Assembly (NCBI GenBank): GCA_963776245.1 | Contig: CAVZLN010000008.1 | Coordinates: 352,001 to 416,000 of the forward strand | Source: Candidatus Eiseniibacteriota bacterium | GTDB taxonomy: Bacteria > Eisenbacteria > RBG-16-71-46 | DNA length: 64,000 nucleotides | Direction of reading: 5' to 3' | Part shown: positions 10,803 to 22,993 of the stretch, piece by piece | Position numbering within the stretch: position 1 is the first letter of the stretch | Layout of the letters: the number at the start of each line of letters is the position of its first letter | Position numbers and translations under genes: made by a program | Notes under the pieces: model-generated | What the model was told of the DNA's origin: nothing | What the model saw: only the letters and a program-made list of their open reading frames with translations | Databases searched by the model: none

Positions 10803-13418
10803 ATGCTCCCACGGCAGGGCCATCCCGAGCCCGGACCGGTCTCCACCGCTCCCGCGGAACCCGCGGGGGGCGAAGGCCGGGGCGCGCCCGCGAGCGTCGC
10901 GCCGCGGGAGCGCCCCGACCGCGCGAAGCGCTTCGACTGGATCGGACTGCGGTCCCGGCTCGCACTGCTCGCGGGCCTCGGCGTCGTGGCGGTCGGGATC
11001 GGGAACTACGCCCTGCTCGCCACCCTGACGCGCGAGTGGCTCGACCGCGAACTCGAGGTGCGCGGGCGCACGCTCGCGAGCGCGGTCGCGGCGCGCATCG
11101 CCACGGCCTCGCTGGCGCGCGACCCCGAAGGGGTCCAGCGCGAGCTGCGCTACGCCGCCGGCGAGCCCGACATCCTGGGGGCCGCGTTCCACGCCGCCGA
11201 TGGCACGCGCATCGCCGAGTCCAGCCGGCGCCCGGCGCTCTGGCGGGCACTGCCGTGGAGCGCTCCGCCGGCCACGGCGGATCCCGTCACGGTGCGCGCG
11301 CTGCACGTGGGGACGGAGCACGGCATCGAGGTGATCGTGCCGTTCAGCGCCGATCCCGCGGCGCGGCCGCTCCCGTACGGACAGGTGGGCCCGACGGGGC
11401 CGGGAGCGCCGCCCGCATCCCCGGGCACCGTCCCGGCGGGCTGGGTGCGCCTGCTGGTGTCGCGCGAACGGATCGACGCGGCGATGCGGAGCACGCTGCG
11501 GGTCGGGCTGGCGGTGGTGCTCGCGTCGCTGCTCCTCGTCCTGGTGCCGATCGGGCTGCTGATGCGGCGCATGCTGCGTCCGCTGCGCGAGGCGAGCGTG
11601 CTGGCCCACGAGATCGCGGAAGGCCGCCTCGATCGCCGCCTCCAGGCGCGCGGGAATGACGAGCTCGGCACGCTCGCGCGCTCGATGAATCGGATGGCCG
11701 CCGGACTGGTCCAGGCGCGGGCCACCGCGCACGCCGAGGCGTCGGCGCTGAGGGTCGCGGCCGAGGCGGTGATCGCGATCGCGCGCGAGGCGCGCGTCAC
11801 CTCGGACCCGCGCACCGTGTTCGACGCGGTGGCGGTGGAGCTGCGCCGGGTGACCGGTTGCGCCGGCGTCGCGCTGGTGACGGTGGACCCGGATGCCAGC
11901 GCGCCCTTCGTCCAGCAGGTCGACGGCGCGCCGGTCTGGAAGCGGGTGATCAACTCCTCGCCCCTCGGCAACGACCTGCGCGCGACCCTCGGCGACCCCG
12001 GCGACCGCCCGGCGCGCCTGGTGCTCGGCGGGCGCACCGATGGCATGTCGCGCGAGCTCGCGCGCGTCGGGATGCTCACCGCGCTCATCGTGCCGCTGCC
12101 GCTGGATGATGGGCCACCGTCGGGGCTGCTGATGGTGGCGGAACGGCCGGACGCCTTCCCCGCTTCCGAGGTGAACGTCGTCGCCGGCCTCGCCAGCCAC
12201 CTCTCCTCCGCGCTGCGCGCCTCGCTGTTGCGCGAACGCCTCCAGCGCTCGGTCGACGATCTCGAGAAGACCCGGGCCCAGCTCCTGCACTCCGAGCGCC
12301 TGCGGGTCGCGGGCGAGATGGCGTCCGGCATCGCCCACGACTTCAACAACGTGCTCGGCGCGATCCAGGGGCGCGCGCAATTGCTGCGGCGCCAGATGAC
12401 CGCCGGCGCCCTGGACGAGGTCCAGCTCACGCGCTCGCTGGAGATCATCGAGCAGGCCGCGCGCGACGGCGCGGAGACGGTGAGGCGGCTGCGCCAGTTC
12501 GGGCGCCCCGCCGACTCCGCGCGGCTGGAGCGCGTGAGCATCGGGCTCTCGCTGCGCGAGGCGGTCGAGTACACGCGCACCCGCTGGGAGAACGAGGCGC
12601 AGGCCGCGGGGCGCCGCATCGAGGTGGTGCAGGAGATCGATCCCGAGTCGTGGATCGAGGGACGGGGCACCGAGGTCCGCGAGGTCTTCACCAACCTGAT
12701 CCTCAACGCCATCGACGCGCTCCCCGACGGGGGCGCGATCCGCGTCGGCTGCGTGTCCGCCGGCCCGCTGGTGCGTGTCTGGGTGGAGGACGACGGCATC
12801 GGCATGCCGGCCGAGGTGCGAGTGCGGATCTTCGATCCGTTCTTCTCCACCAAGGGCGAACGGGGCACCGGGCTCGGGCTCTCGGTGGTCTTCGGCATCG
12901 TCCAGCGCCACGGCGGGACGCTCGACGTGCAGAGCCAGCCCGGGGAGGGGACCCGCTTCGAGATGACCTTCCCGCGGGTCGCCCAAGCCGAGGGGACCCC
13001 CGAGATCGCCTCCCTGCCGCAGGCTCCGGCGGCCGGGCTCGATGTCCTGATCGTGGACGACGAGCCGGCGGTCCGCGGGCTGCTGAGCGAGATCCTCGCC
13101 CTGCTCGGTCACCGCGTGGTCGAGCGGGCCTCGGCGGAATCGGCGCTCGAGTTCTTCGAGGGCCGGCGCTTCGACCTGGTGCTGACCGACCTCGGCCTGC
13201 CGGGGATGAGCGGCTGGGACCTGGCGCGCCGGCTGCGGGCCGCGGACCCGCGCGTGACGATCGGATTCGTCACCGGATGGGGCGAGGACGTCTCCCAGGA
13301 GAAGGTCGAGGAGGCCGGAGGGAACGGCTTCATCGGCAAGCCCTTCAGCATCGAGGACGTGGAGAGCCTGACGCGGATGGCCTCCCAGCGCAGCGGGGAG
13401 GATCGCGCCGCGGCGTGA
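10803..13418 (+). CDS. Membrane hybrid sensor histidine kinase (2 TM, HAMP, GAF-like, HisKA, HATPase, REC)
   Basis: HAMP NDELGTLARSMNRM, H-box IAHDFNN, NLILNAIDA, DDGIG, FFSTK, GTGLGL, REC IVDDE...TDLGLPGMSG...KPF; start uncertain (10761 or 10803). Confidence 0.93.
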   Translation: MLPRQGHPEPGPVSTAPAEPAGGEGRGAPASVAPRERPDRAKRFDWIGLRSRLALLAGLGVVAVGIGNYALLATLTREWLDRELEVRGRTLASAVAARIATASLARDPEGVQRELRYAAGEPDILGAAFHAADGTRIAESSRRPALWRALPWSAPPATADPVTVRALHVGTEHGIEVIVPFSADPAARPLPYGQVGPTGPGAPPASPGTVPAGWVRLLVSRERIDAAMRSTLRVGLAVVLASLLLVLVPIGLLMRRMLRPLREASVLAHEIAEGRLDRRLQARGNDELGTLARSMNRMAAGLVQARATAHAEASALRVAAEAVIAIAREARVTSDPRTVFDAVAVELRRVTGCAGVALVTVDPDASAPFVQQVDGAPVWKRVINSSPLGNDLRATLGDPGDRPARLVLGGRTDGMSRELARVGMLTALIVPLPLDDGPPSGLLMVAERPDAFPASEVNVVAGLASHLSSALRASLLRERLQRSVDDLEKTRAQLLHSERLRVAGEMASGIAHDFNNVLGAIQGRAQLLRRQMTAGALDEVQLTRSLEIIEQAARDGAETVRRLRQFGRPADSARLERVSIGLSLREAVEYTRTRWENEAQAAGRRIEVVQEIDPESWIEGRGTEVREVFTNLILNAIDALPDGGAIRVGCVSAGPLVRVWVEDDGIGMPAEVRVRIFDPFFSTKGERGTGLGLSVVFGIVQRHGGTLDVQSQPGEGTRFEMTFPRVAQAEGTPEIASLPQAPAAGLDVLIVDDEPAVRGLLSEILALLGHRVVERASAESALEFFEGRRFDLVLTDLGLPGMSGWDLARRLRAADPRVTIGFVTGWGEDVSQEKVEEAGGNGFIGKPFSIEDVESLTRMASQRSGEDRAAA

Positions 13419-13428
13419 GGGGGCGCCT

Positions 13429-14135
<707 letters not shown>

Positions 14136-14139
<4 letters not shown>

Positions 14140-14929
14140 GCCCGGCCCTCCCCGGCGGCGTGCGAGGGTTCGCCGAGGTAGGCCTCGATGACCCTCGGGT
14201 CGGTGCGGATCTGCGCCGGCGTGCCTTCCGCGATCTGGATCCCGTAGTCGAGCACGGCGATGCGGCGGCAGATGCCCATGACCACGCGCATGTCGTGCTC
14301 GATGAGCAGGATGGTGACCTCGAAGCGCGCCTGGATGTCGCCGATCAGGCGCATCAGCGAGCCGCTCTCCTGCGGATTCAGCCCCGCCGCGGGCTCGTCG
14401 AGCAGCAGCAGCCGGGGCCGGCCCGCGAGCGCGCGCGCGATCTCGAGACGGCGCTGCTGGCCGTAGGGCAGTTCGGCCGCGAGGGTGTCGCGCCATCCGG
14501 TGAGGCCGAGCAGTTCGAGCAGCGCGTCGGCGTCCCGGGTCATCGCGGCCTCTTCGCGCTCGAACGCCGGGGTGCGGGCGAGGGCGGCCGCCAGCCCGGT
14601 GCGCGAGTGGTGGTGCGCGGCGATGAGCACGTTGTCGAGGCAGCTGCGCGAGGCGAACAGGCGGATGTTCTGGAAGGTGCGGGTGATGCCGCGGCCGGCG
14701 ATGACGTGCGGGCGCAGGCCCTGGATCGGGCGTCCCTCGAACAGCACCCGCCCGTGGGTGGGCGCGTACACCCCGGTGATCACGTTGAACACCGTGGTCT
14801 TGCCCGCGCCGTTGGGGCCGATCAGTCCCACCAGCTCGCCGCGTCCGATCTGGAGCGTCAGGTCGCTGCAGGCCTTGAGCCCGCCGAACTTCATGGTGAC
14901 GTGGTCCAGCTCGAGCAGCACGTCGTGAT

Positions 14930-14933
<4 letters not shown>
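14136..14933 (-). CDS. livG: Branched-chain amino acid ABC ATPase
   Basis: FGGLKA, GPNGAGKTT, RTFQNIRLF, LPYGQQRRLEIARAL, DEPAAG, IEHDM. Confidence 0.95.
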
Positions 14934-15994
<1,061 letters not shown>

Positions 15995-15998
15995 CGGC

Positions 15999-16901
15999 TC
16001 ACACCTTCTCCGCGACGCTGCGCCCGAGGATGCCGGCGGGGCGCACCAGCAGGATGACGATGAGGAGCACGAAGGCGATGGCGTCGCGGTAGGTCGGCGA
16101 CACGTAGCCCACCACCAGCACCTCGGCCACCCCCATCACCAGCCCGCCCAGCACCGCGCCGGGGAAGTTCCCGATCCCGCCCAGCACGGCGGCGACGAAC
16201 GCCTTGAGGCCCGGCATGATGCCCATGTACGGCTCGATCTTCGGGTTCTGGAGGGCGACCAGCACGCCGGCGGCGGCCGCCAGCATCGAGCCGATGAAGA
16301 ACGTGAAGGTGATGATGCGGTCCACCGAGATGCCCATCAGCGCGGCCGCGGTCGGGTTCATGGACACCGCCTGCATCGCCTTGCCCACGCGCGTGTGCTG
16401 CACCACGGTTCGCAGCGCCACCATCAGGACCACCGACACCACGATGATGATGAGCTGCTGGTTGGACACCGTGACCCCGCCGCCGAGCGAGAGGTTCGAG
16501 GCGCGGATGAGCTGCGGGAAGAACTTCGGGTCGGCGCCGAACACCATGCGCCCGCCGTTCTCGAGCAGCAGCGACACGCCGATGGCGGTGATGAGCGCCG
16601 CGAGCCGCGAGGAGCGGCGCACCGGCTTGTACGCGAAGCGCTCGATGATCACGCCGACGATGCCGCAGCCGAGCATCGCCACCAGCAGCACCACCAGCGC
16701 GCGGGCGAGGCTCGGGTCGCTCGCGGCGCCGATCCAGCGCGCCGAGTACCAGCCGATGAACGCCCCGAGCATATAGATGTCGCCGTGGGCGAAGTTGATG
16801 AGCCGGAGGATGCCGTACACCATGGTGTAGCCCAGTGCGATCAGGGCGTACACGCTTCCCCACGTGATGCCGTTCACCAGCTGCTGGAGGAACTCCGACA
16901 C
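15999..16901 (-). CDS. livH: Branched-chain amino acid ABC permease
   Basis: QQLVNG, ALGYTMVYGILRLINFAHG, GLKAFVAAVLGGIG. Confidence 0.95.
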   Translation of the reverse strand: MSEFLQQLVNGITWGSVYALIALGYTMVYGILRLINFAHGDIYMLGAFIGWYSARWIGAASDPSLARALVVLLVAMLGCGIVGVIIERFAYKPVRRSSRLAALITAIGVSLLLENGGRMVFGADPKFFPQLIRASNLSLGGGVTVSNQQLIIIVVSVVLMVALRTVVQHTRVGKAMQAVSMNPTAAALMGISVDRIITFTFFIGSMLAAAAGVLVALQNPKIEPYMGIMPGLKAFVAAVLGGIGNFPGAVLGGLVMGVAEVLVVGYVSPTYRDAIAFVLLIVILLVRPAGILGRSVAEKV

Positions 16902-16908
16902 GCGCGGG

Positions 16909-18117
16909 TCAGGGGTTGACGGTGGTGGCGTACTTCTTCTTCCCCTCCACGATCGCGATCACCACGGCCGGCTTGGTCGCGTTGCGCTTGTCGTCGAGGG
17001 TGATGTTCCCGGTCACGCCGGGGAAGTTGCGCGTCGCGGCGATCAGGTCGCGCAGCCGCTTCTGCGCCTCCTTGCGCTGGGGCGTCCCCGCCTTGCTCGA
17101 GCCCAGACCCTTGAACAGAGCGGGCTGCTCCTCGGCCAGCTTCCCGATCGCGCCGAACAGCACGCGCCCCGCGTCGTAGGCCAGCCCGGCGATGGCGTCG
17201 GGCTCGGCGCCGAAGCGGGCCTGGTACGCCTTGAGGAAGGACTGCAGCGTGGGGTCCGGGTTGTCCGCGGCGTAGTGGTTCGAGTAGTAGCACCCGTTCA
17301 TCGCCTCGCCGCCGATCGAGATGAGCTGCTCGCTCTCCCAGCCGTCGCCGCCCAGCAGCGGGACGGAGAGGCCGAGCTCGCGGGCCTGGCGCGCGATGAG
17401 ACCCACGTCGGTGTAGTACCCGGGCACGAAGATGGCCTGCGGCGCCTTGCCCTTGATGGCGGTGAGCTGGGCGCGGAAGTCCTGATCGCCCGCGCTGTAG
17501 GACTGCTCGATCGGCACGCTGCCGCCGCGCTGCTGGAAGGCGGCGGTGAAGAACTCGGCCAGCCCCACGCTGTAGTCGTTGCGCACGTCCTTGAGGATCG
17601 CGACCCGGGTGAGCTTGAGGTTCTCGGCCGCGAACTTGGCCATCACGGTGCCCTGGAACGGGTCGATGAAGCACATGCGGAAGATGAAGTCGCCCTTCTC
17701 GGTCACCGCCGGATTGGTGGACGACGGCGAGATCATCGGCACGCCCGCCTGCTGGCAGATGGGGGCCGCGGCGATGCTGCGCGACGAGGCCACCTCGCCG
17801 ACCACGGCGAGCACGCGGTCCTGGTTCACCAGCTTCTGCACCACGGTCGCCGCTTCCTCGGGGCGCCCCTGGTCGTCCTCCACCACCAGCCGGACCGGCA
17901 GCCCGGCGATCTTCCCCTCGTGCTGAGCCTGGAGCTCGGTGAGCGCCAGTTCCATGCCGTTCTTGGTGGACTGCCCGAAGGTGGCGTCGTTGCCGGTGAG
18001 GGAGCCGTACACGCCGACGACGAGCTCGTCGGACTTCGAGCCGCCGCACCCGGCGACGGCGAGCGCCAGGGCGAGCAGTCCCGCTCCGGCGAGGATCCGC
18101 ACGATGCGACTGGTCAT
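16909..18117 (-). CDS. livK: Branched-chain amino acid ABC substrate-binding lipoprotein
   Basis: Lipobox AVAGC, SPSSTNPAVT, FRMCFIDPFQG, GGDGW, AYDA. Confidence 0.92.
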   Translation of the reverse strand: MTSRIVRILAGAGLLALALAVAGCGGSKSDELVVGVYGSLTGNDATFGQSTKNGMELALTELQAQHEGKIAGLPVRLVVEDDQGRPEEAATVVQKLVNQDRVLAVVGEVASSRSIAAAPICQQAGVPMISPSSTNPAVTEKGDFIFRMCFIDPFQGTVMAKFAAENLKLTRVAILKDVRNDYSVGLAEFFTAAFQQRGGSVPIEQSYSAGDQDFRAQLTAIKGKAPQAIFVPGYYTDVGLIARQARELGLSVPLLGGDGWESEQLISIGGEAMNGCYYSNHYAADNPDPTLQSFLKAYQARFGAEPDAIAGLAYDAGRVLFGAIGKLAEEQPALFKGLGSSKAGTPQRKEAQKRLRDLIAATRNFPGVTGNITLDDKRNATKPAVVIAIVEGKKKYATTVNP

Positions 18118-18371
18118 GGTCCGCCTCCTCAGGTGGTGGCAGCGCCGCGCACGGGGGTGAGCCGTGGGGGGCGGAAGGATGGATGGTCGGATGCGATGGA
18201 TGGAGCCGCGAAGTGGTAGCACGCGCGCGCGCGAAGCGGCAAGGCGAATGATTCCCCGGGCACTCCGGGCCCGGGCTCGAACGGGCGGACCCGCGCTCCG
18301 CGGAGATCGCTCGCGCGGAAGGGCGAGCGGGTCTTGTGGCCCGCGCGAGGGCGGTGCTAGGGTGCCCGACC

Positions 18372-20828
18372 ATGAACTCGAGCGCCCGCGCCCGGTCGCG
18401 CGGCAGTCTCCGCGGGCGTCTCCTCTCCGCCCTGGTGAGCGCCGGCGCGCTCGCCGCCCTCGCCGGCTGCGCGCACGTCCCGGCGGGTCCGCCCGCGGGC
18501 CCGCCGCGGCCCGCGCCCCCGGTCCCCGCGCGGCCCCATCCCGGCTACGACGCCCGCCGCGATTCGCTCGACGCGATCGACCTGGCCCCGCTGCGCGGGC
18601 GGCGCGTGGTGCTCGACCCGGGCCACGGCGGGCACTTCCCCGGTTCCATGGGCATGAACGGGCTGACCGAGGCCGCGGTGAATCTCGACGTGGCGCTCGC
18701 CCTCCGCCGGTTGCTCGTCGAGCGGGGCGCGTCGGTGCTCCTGACACGCGAGTCCGACCGCGACTTCCTCACCCCCGCCGACAGCTCATTGCGCGCCGAC
18801 CTCGCCGACCGCATGGCGCGGGCCAACGCGTGGGCCCCCGACCTGTTCGTCTCCATCCATCACAACGCCGACGCGCGCGGCGCGCACGACGTGAACGAGA
18901 TCCAGACCTACTACGCGCTCGCCGACGAAGGGCCCTCCCTGGACGCCGCGCGCGCCATGCACCGGGCGCTCACGCGCAACCTGTCGATCGCCGCGCACCG
19001 CATCGTGCCGGGCAACTACTTCGTGCTGCGCACCAGCGAGGCCCCGGCGATCCTCACCGAGTCGAGCTATCTGACCAACCCCGACGTCGAGGCACGGCTG
19101 GCGGACCCCGGGAAGCGCCGGCTCGAGGCCGAGGCGCTGTTCCTCGGGATCGCCGCGTACTTCGCGCGCGGGGCGCCGGAGATCGACACCCTGGAGGTGG
19201 CACTTTCCCCGCCGGGAACGCCCGCGACAGGGCCCCGGGGGTCCGGCCCGTGGGTCTCGGCGCGCGTCCGCGGCGCGTTCGACCGGGTCGAGATGAGCGT
19301 GGACGGCCGGGCGGTGCCGGCGGTGGTCTCCGGGCGCGCGATCCAGTGGCGCTCGACGCGACCCTTCGAGTCGGGCCCGCACGTCGCGGCGCTGCGCGTG
19401 GGGCTCGCGGGCTCCGGGTGGTCCAGGCTCCGGCGGGCCGCATTCACCGTCCCCATGAGCGTGGGCCGGCTGTCCGTGGAATTCCCCGAGCAGCCCGAGT
19501 GGGATGGCCGCCAGCCGCTCGGGCTGCGCGTGCGCGTGCTCGATCCGGAGGGGCTGCCGGTGCGCGACTCGCTCCGGCTGCGGATCCGCGACGATGGGAC
19601 CCGTCTCGCGGCACCGGCCGACACCGTGGTGGAGGTCCGCGACGGTGTCGCCTGGGCGTACTTCCGGCGCTCCGGTCGCCGGCCCGCGAGCGGCGCCCCC
19701 GAGGTGCGCGTCCGGGTGAGCCTGCGGCCGCGGAAGACGAGCGGCGATCCCGCCGCGCCGGCGCCCCCGCTCATGGGGGCGACCGCGCGGACGCTCCTGC
19801 GCGCGCGCGGCCTGGCCCCGCGGCCCGGCGCCGGGCCCCTTCCGCGCACCGGATTCGCGCGCGTCGCGCCCTTCGACTCCCTGCTGCGCGGCGCGCCCGG
19901 CACGCGCGAGCCCGAGCCCGCGGTGCGCTGGATCAACCGCGACGGCTTCGTGGCACTGCCGCGGGACACGCTCGGCCGCGCCGCCGTGCCCTCCCTGCGC
20001 GGCTACCGGGCGGTGGCGCCCGACACCACCTGGCCGCCGCGCTTCTCCGCCATCGCCGGCGGAGCGCTCATCGGGCGCCGCATCGCGCTCGATGCCGAAG
20101 GCGGTGGCGATGCCGACGCCGGGACCGGACCGAGCGGCGCGCGCGCCGCCGATCTGAACCTCGATGTGGCGCGCGCGCTGTCCGCGTTCCTCGACGCGGC
20201 GGGCGCCGAGGTGCTGCTGGTGCGCGAGGGGGACCACGCGCTCGCGGACATCGAGCGCGTGCGGGCCGCCGAGGCCTTCGGCGCGGAGCGCTACCTGCGC
20301 ATCGGCCACCGCGCCGGCGTCCCGGTGCTCGGTCACTGGTTCGGCAGCGCCGCGGGCCGCGACTGGGCGCGGCGCACCGCCGAGTCGCTCGCGGCGCTCG
20401 GGCTGAGCGCCCCACCGGTCGCCGAGGAGGCCCAGTACACGCTCCAGCAGGTCGGCTGCCCGGCGCTGTACGTCTCGGTGGCGCGGGTGGACAGCGCGGC
20501 TGACGAGGAGCGCCTGCTGGCGCCCGGCGCGCGGCGCGCCGAGGCCTACGCGCTGTTCCTCGGGCTGGCCCGCGAGTTCCTGCCGCAGGCGTCGTTCCCC
20601 ATCGACTCGCTCGAGGTGCGCGACCCCTCCGGCGCCCCGCTGTCCGGCGCGAGCGTGGTCCTGGGCGGCGCCCTCACCGTGCAGTGCGACCGCACCGGCC
20701 GGGTGCGGTTCGCGCGCACCGAGCCCGGGCCGCTCGAGGCCACGGTCATCGATCCGCGGCGGGAGGCCCGGTCCATTCTGCTAGACTCCGATCGGGGTGT
20801 CGTCCTGACCGGGCCGCCCGCGCGCTGA
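18372..20828 (+). CDS. N-acetylmuramoyl-L-alanine amidase lipoprotein with two Amidase_3-like domains
   Basis: Lipobox LAGC; domain 1 LDPGHGG...E...SIHHNAD...ILTESSY; domain 2 degenerate (IALDAEGG...NLDVARAL). Confidence 0.85.
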   Translation: MNSSARARSRGSLRGRLLSALVSAGALAALAGCAHVPAGPPAGPPRPAPPVPARPHPGYDARRDSLDAIDLAPLRGRRVVLDPGHGGHFPGSMGMNGLTEAAVNLDVALALRRLLVERGASVLLTRESDRDFLTPADSSLRADLADRMARANAWAPDLFVSIHHNADARGAHDVNEIQTYYALADEGPSLDAARAMHRALTRNLSIAAHRIVPGNYFVLRTSEAPAILTESSYLTNPDVEARLADPGKRRLEAEALFLGIAAYFARGAPEIDTLEVALSPPGTPATGPRGSGPWVSARVRGAFDRVEMSVDGRAVPAVVSGRAIQWRSTRPFESGPHVAALRVGLAGSGWSRLRRAAFTVPMSVGRLSVEFPEQPEWDGRQPLGLRVRVLDPEGLPVRDSLRLRIRDDGTRLAAPADTVVEVRDGVAWAYFRRSGRRPASGAPEVRVRVSLRPRKTSGDPAAPAPPLMGATARTLLRARGLAPRPGAGPLPRTGFARVAPFDSLLRGAPGTREPEPAVRWINRDGFVALPRDTLGRAAVPSLRGYRAVAPDTTWPPRFSAIAGGALIGRRIALDAEGGGDADAGTGPSGARAADLNLDVARALSAFLDAAGAEVLLVREGDHALADIERVRAAEAFGAERYLRIGHRAGVPVLGHWFGSAAGRDWARRTAESLAALGLSAPPVAEEAQYTLQQVGCPALYVSVARVDSAADEERLLAPGARRAEAYALFLGLAREFLPQASFPIDSLEVRDPSGAPLSGASVVLGGALTVQCDRTGRVRFARTEPGPLEATVIDPRREARSILLDSDRGVVLTGPPAR

Positions 20829-20856
20829 GCGCGTGGCACGCGCTCCCCGGGGCCAG

Positions 20857-21567
20857 ATGGACCACGGCACAGAGGGCTATTTCTCCGAACGCGACCGTTT
20901 CCGCCGCCGTCTCGCGGCGACGGTGCTCGCCGTGAGCCTGCTGGTCGCACTGCCCTTCCTGTTGATCGGCCTGCTGCCCCGGGCCCAGCGGGAACGCGTC
21001 AAGGCGTTCCTCGACCGCGCGCCGGTGCACTTCGGCTTCGAGGGAGCGGAGAAGTACGTCGAGCGCATGAACCTCGACCTCCTCGAGACCAGCGAGCTCG
21101 GCATCCAGCACCCGCGCGCGGTCGCGCCCGTCATCATCCCCGAGGCGCACCGCGGCGGCGGCGAGCCGGCCACCGCGCGTCCCGACGCGAAGGAATTCAA
21201 GCAGGTGGTGCGCGAGCTGCCGGCCGGCGAGGGCTCGTCCGAGGCGGACATCATGGCGCGCGCGCTGCGCCGCGCGGGCAGCACGCCGGTGTTCCGATCC
21301 GAGCAGTTGGTGATCGAGACCCTGGTGAAGCCCGAGTATCCGGAGGAGGCGAAGGCGCTGGGGATCGAGGGCCTGGTCGCGGTCATGGCGCTGATCGACA
21401 CGCTCGGCCAGGTGGCCCGCGTGGAACTCGTGACCGGCAAGGCGGGCGGCGTCCTCGAGCGCGCCGCCGAGGAGGCCGTCCGCCGGGCGCGCTTCCGCCC
21501 CTACCGGCCCGCCGGCACGACCCTCGAGGTGTACGCGGTGTTCCGGTTCTCGTTCCGCCTCTACTGA
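20857..21567 (+). CDS. tonB: TonB-family energy transducer
   Basis: Single N-terminal TM; C-terminal PEYPEEAKALGIEGLV...LERAAEEAVRRARFRP. Confidence 0.85.
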   Translation: MDHGTEGYFSERDRFRRRLAATVLAVSLLVALPFLLIGLLPRAQRERVKAFLDRAPVHFGFEGAEKYVERMNLDLLETSELGIQHPRAVAPVIIPEAHRGGGEPATARPDAKEFKQVVRELPAGEGSSEADIMARALRRAGSTPVFRSEQLVIETLVKPEYPEEAKALGIEGLVAVMALIDTLGQVARVELVTGKAGGVLERAAEEAVRRARFRPYRPAGTTLEVYAVFRFSFRLY

Positions 21568-22991
21568 ACCGGGACCGCGCGGCCGCGCTGGATCACCGAG
21601 ACCGGGAGCGTGAGTCCGAGCCGCGTGCCATCGAGGAAGCGCCGGGCCGCGCCCGCGGCCTCGGTCGTCACCCGTGACGCCAGCGCCGTGGCGATCTCGG
21701 CCGGCGAGAGCGCGCCGCCCGCGACCGCGTCGGCCAGCAGCGTCCCCGCGATCCAGCCGCGCACCACGAGGCCGCGGTCCGGGTTCACGCCGCGCGCGAG
21801 CAGCACGCTGTCGAGCGCGGCCTGTTCGGCGGCCGGCAGCGTCCAGTCCTCGCCCACCAGCCGCACCCCCTCGAGCAGGCGGCGCGACTCCCCGTGGTAG
21901 CGGTCGGGCGAGAGCGCCTCGCCCCCGCACACGATGACCGAGCCGCGCTGGCGCACCAGCTCCTGGAACAGCGCGTCGCCCTCGCGCGGATCACCGTCCC
22001 ACACCACCACCTCGACCCGGGCGGCGAGCATCGCCTTCACCGGCGCGCGGAGGTCGCGGCTGCCGTCGGGATAGCGCTCGCTCCACGCCACCGTCGCGCC
22101 GAGCGCCTGCGCCGCCGCGAGGAAACCGGGCGCCAGCGTGGCGCCTTCGCGGGCGGTCGAGACCAGCGCCCCGACGCGCTTCGGCCCGGCGCTCAGCAGC
22201 GAACGCGCGAGCGCCGCGCCGCGCTCTCCGCCCGAGGGTCCGATCTGGAGCACGCCCGGTCCCGTCTCCCCCAGCGCCTCGTCGGTCGCCGTGGGGGAGA
22301 TCACCGGCAGGCCGGTGAGTCGCGCGGCGCTCACCAGCGCCAGCGTGGGCACGCTGAGCAACTCGCCGACCACCGCGCCACACCAGGCGTTGGCGGTGTC
22401 GAGCGCCGCCACCAGGCGCGCCGGGGCGCCGGCCGCGGTGGCGAGCACGACCGGCTCGACCGGACGGTCCGTGGAGCCGGCGCGCAGCGCCAGCGCGGCT
22501 TCGAAACCGGCGCGCACCGCGCCGCCGTAGGCCGCGTAGTCGCCCGAGTCCGGCAGCAGCACGGCGGCCCGGAAAGGCGAGGCGTAGGGCCGCACGCCGA
22601 GACCGGCGAGATGCTCCGTGAGCTCGCCCGCGATCTTCTTCGCGCGCTTCGGATCGGCGATCGCGAGGCGCACCCGCAGGCGCAGGCGCAGGTCGGCGCG
22701 GTTCGCGGTCGCGCGGCCGAGCGCGGCGGAGAGCAGCGGCGCCTCGGCGGCGCCGAGCTCCTCCGGCGCGCGCCGCAGCACGTAGACCAGGTCCGCGAGC
22801 CCCGCGCTCCTCGCCCACGCCGTCAGCGCGCGGTCGCGCGCCGGCCCGGGCGCCTGCGCCGCGAGCGCGTCCGCGGCGCGCACGTCGCCGGGCACCTCCC
22901 CGGCGGCGCGCGCCGCGCCGGGGGCGGCGCCCGCGCACGCGAGCGCCAGCGCGGCCAGCAGGGACGGGACGAGACGCGGGGGGCGGGTCAT
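21561..22991 (-). CDS. Periplasmic-binding-fold protein, LppC/LpoA-like
   Basis: Signal peptide; AVLLPDSGDYAAYGGAVRAG, VVGELLS, PVISPTA (PBP type 1). Confidence 0.65.
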   Translation of the reverse strand: MTRPPRLVPSLLAALALACAGAAPGAARAAGEVPGDVRAADALAAQAPGPARDRALTAWARSAGLADLVYVLRRAPEELGAAEAPLLSAALGRATANRADLRLRLRVRLAIADPKRAKKIAGELTEHLAGLGVRPYASPFRAAVLLPDSGDYAAYGGAVRAGFEAALALRAGSTDRPVEPVVLATAAGAPARLVAALDTANAWCGAVVGELLSVPTLALVSAARLTGLPVISPTATDEALGETGPGVLQIGPSGGERGAALARSLLSAGPKRVGALVSTAREGATLAPGFLAAAQALGATVAWSERYPDGSRDLRAPVKAMLAARVEVVVWDGDPREGDALFQELVRQRGSVIVCGGEALSPDRYHGESRRLLEGVRLVGEDWTLPAAEQAALDSVLLARGVNPDRGLVVRGWIAGTLLADAVAGGALSPAEIATALASRVTTEAAGAARRFLDGTRLGLTLPVSVIQRGRAVPVQ

Positions 22992-22993
22992 CG

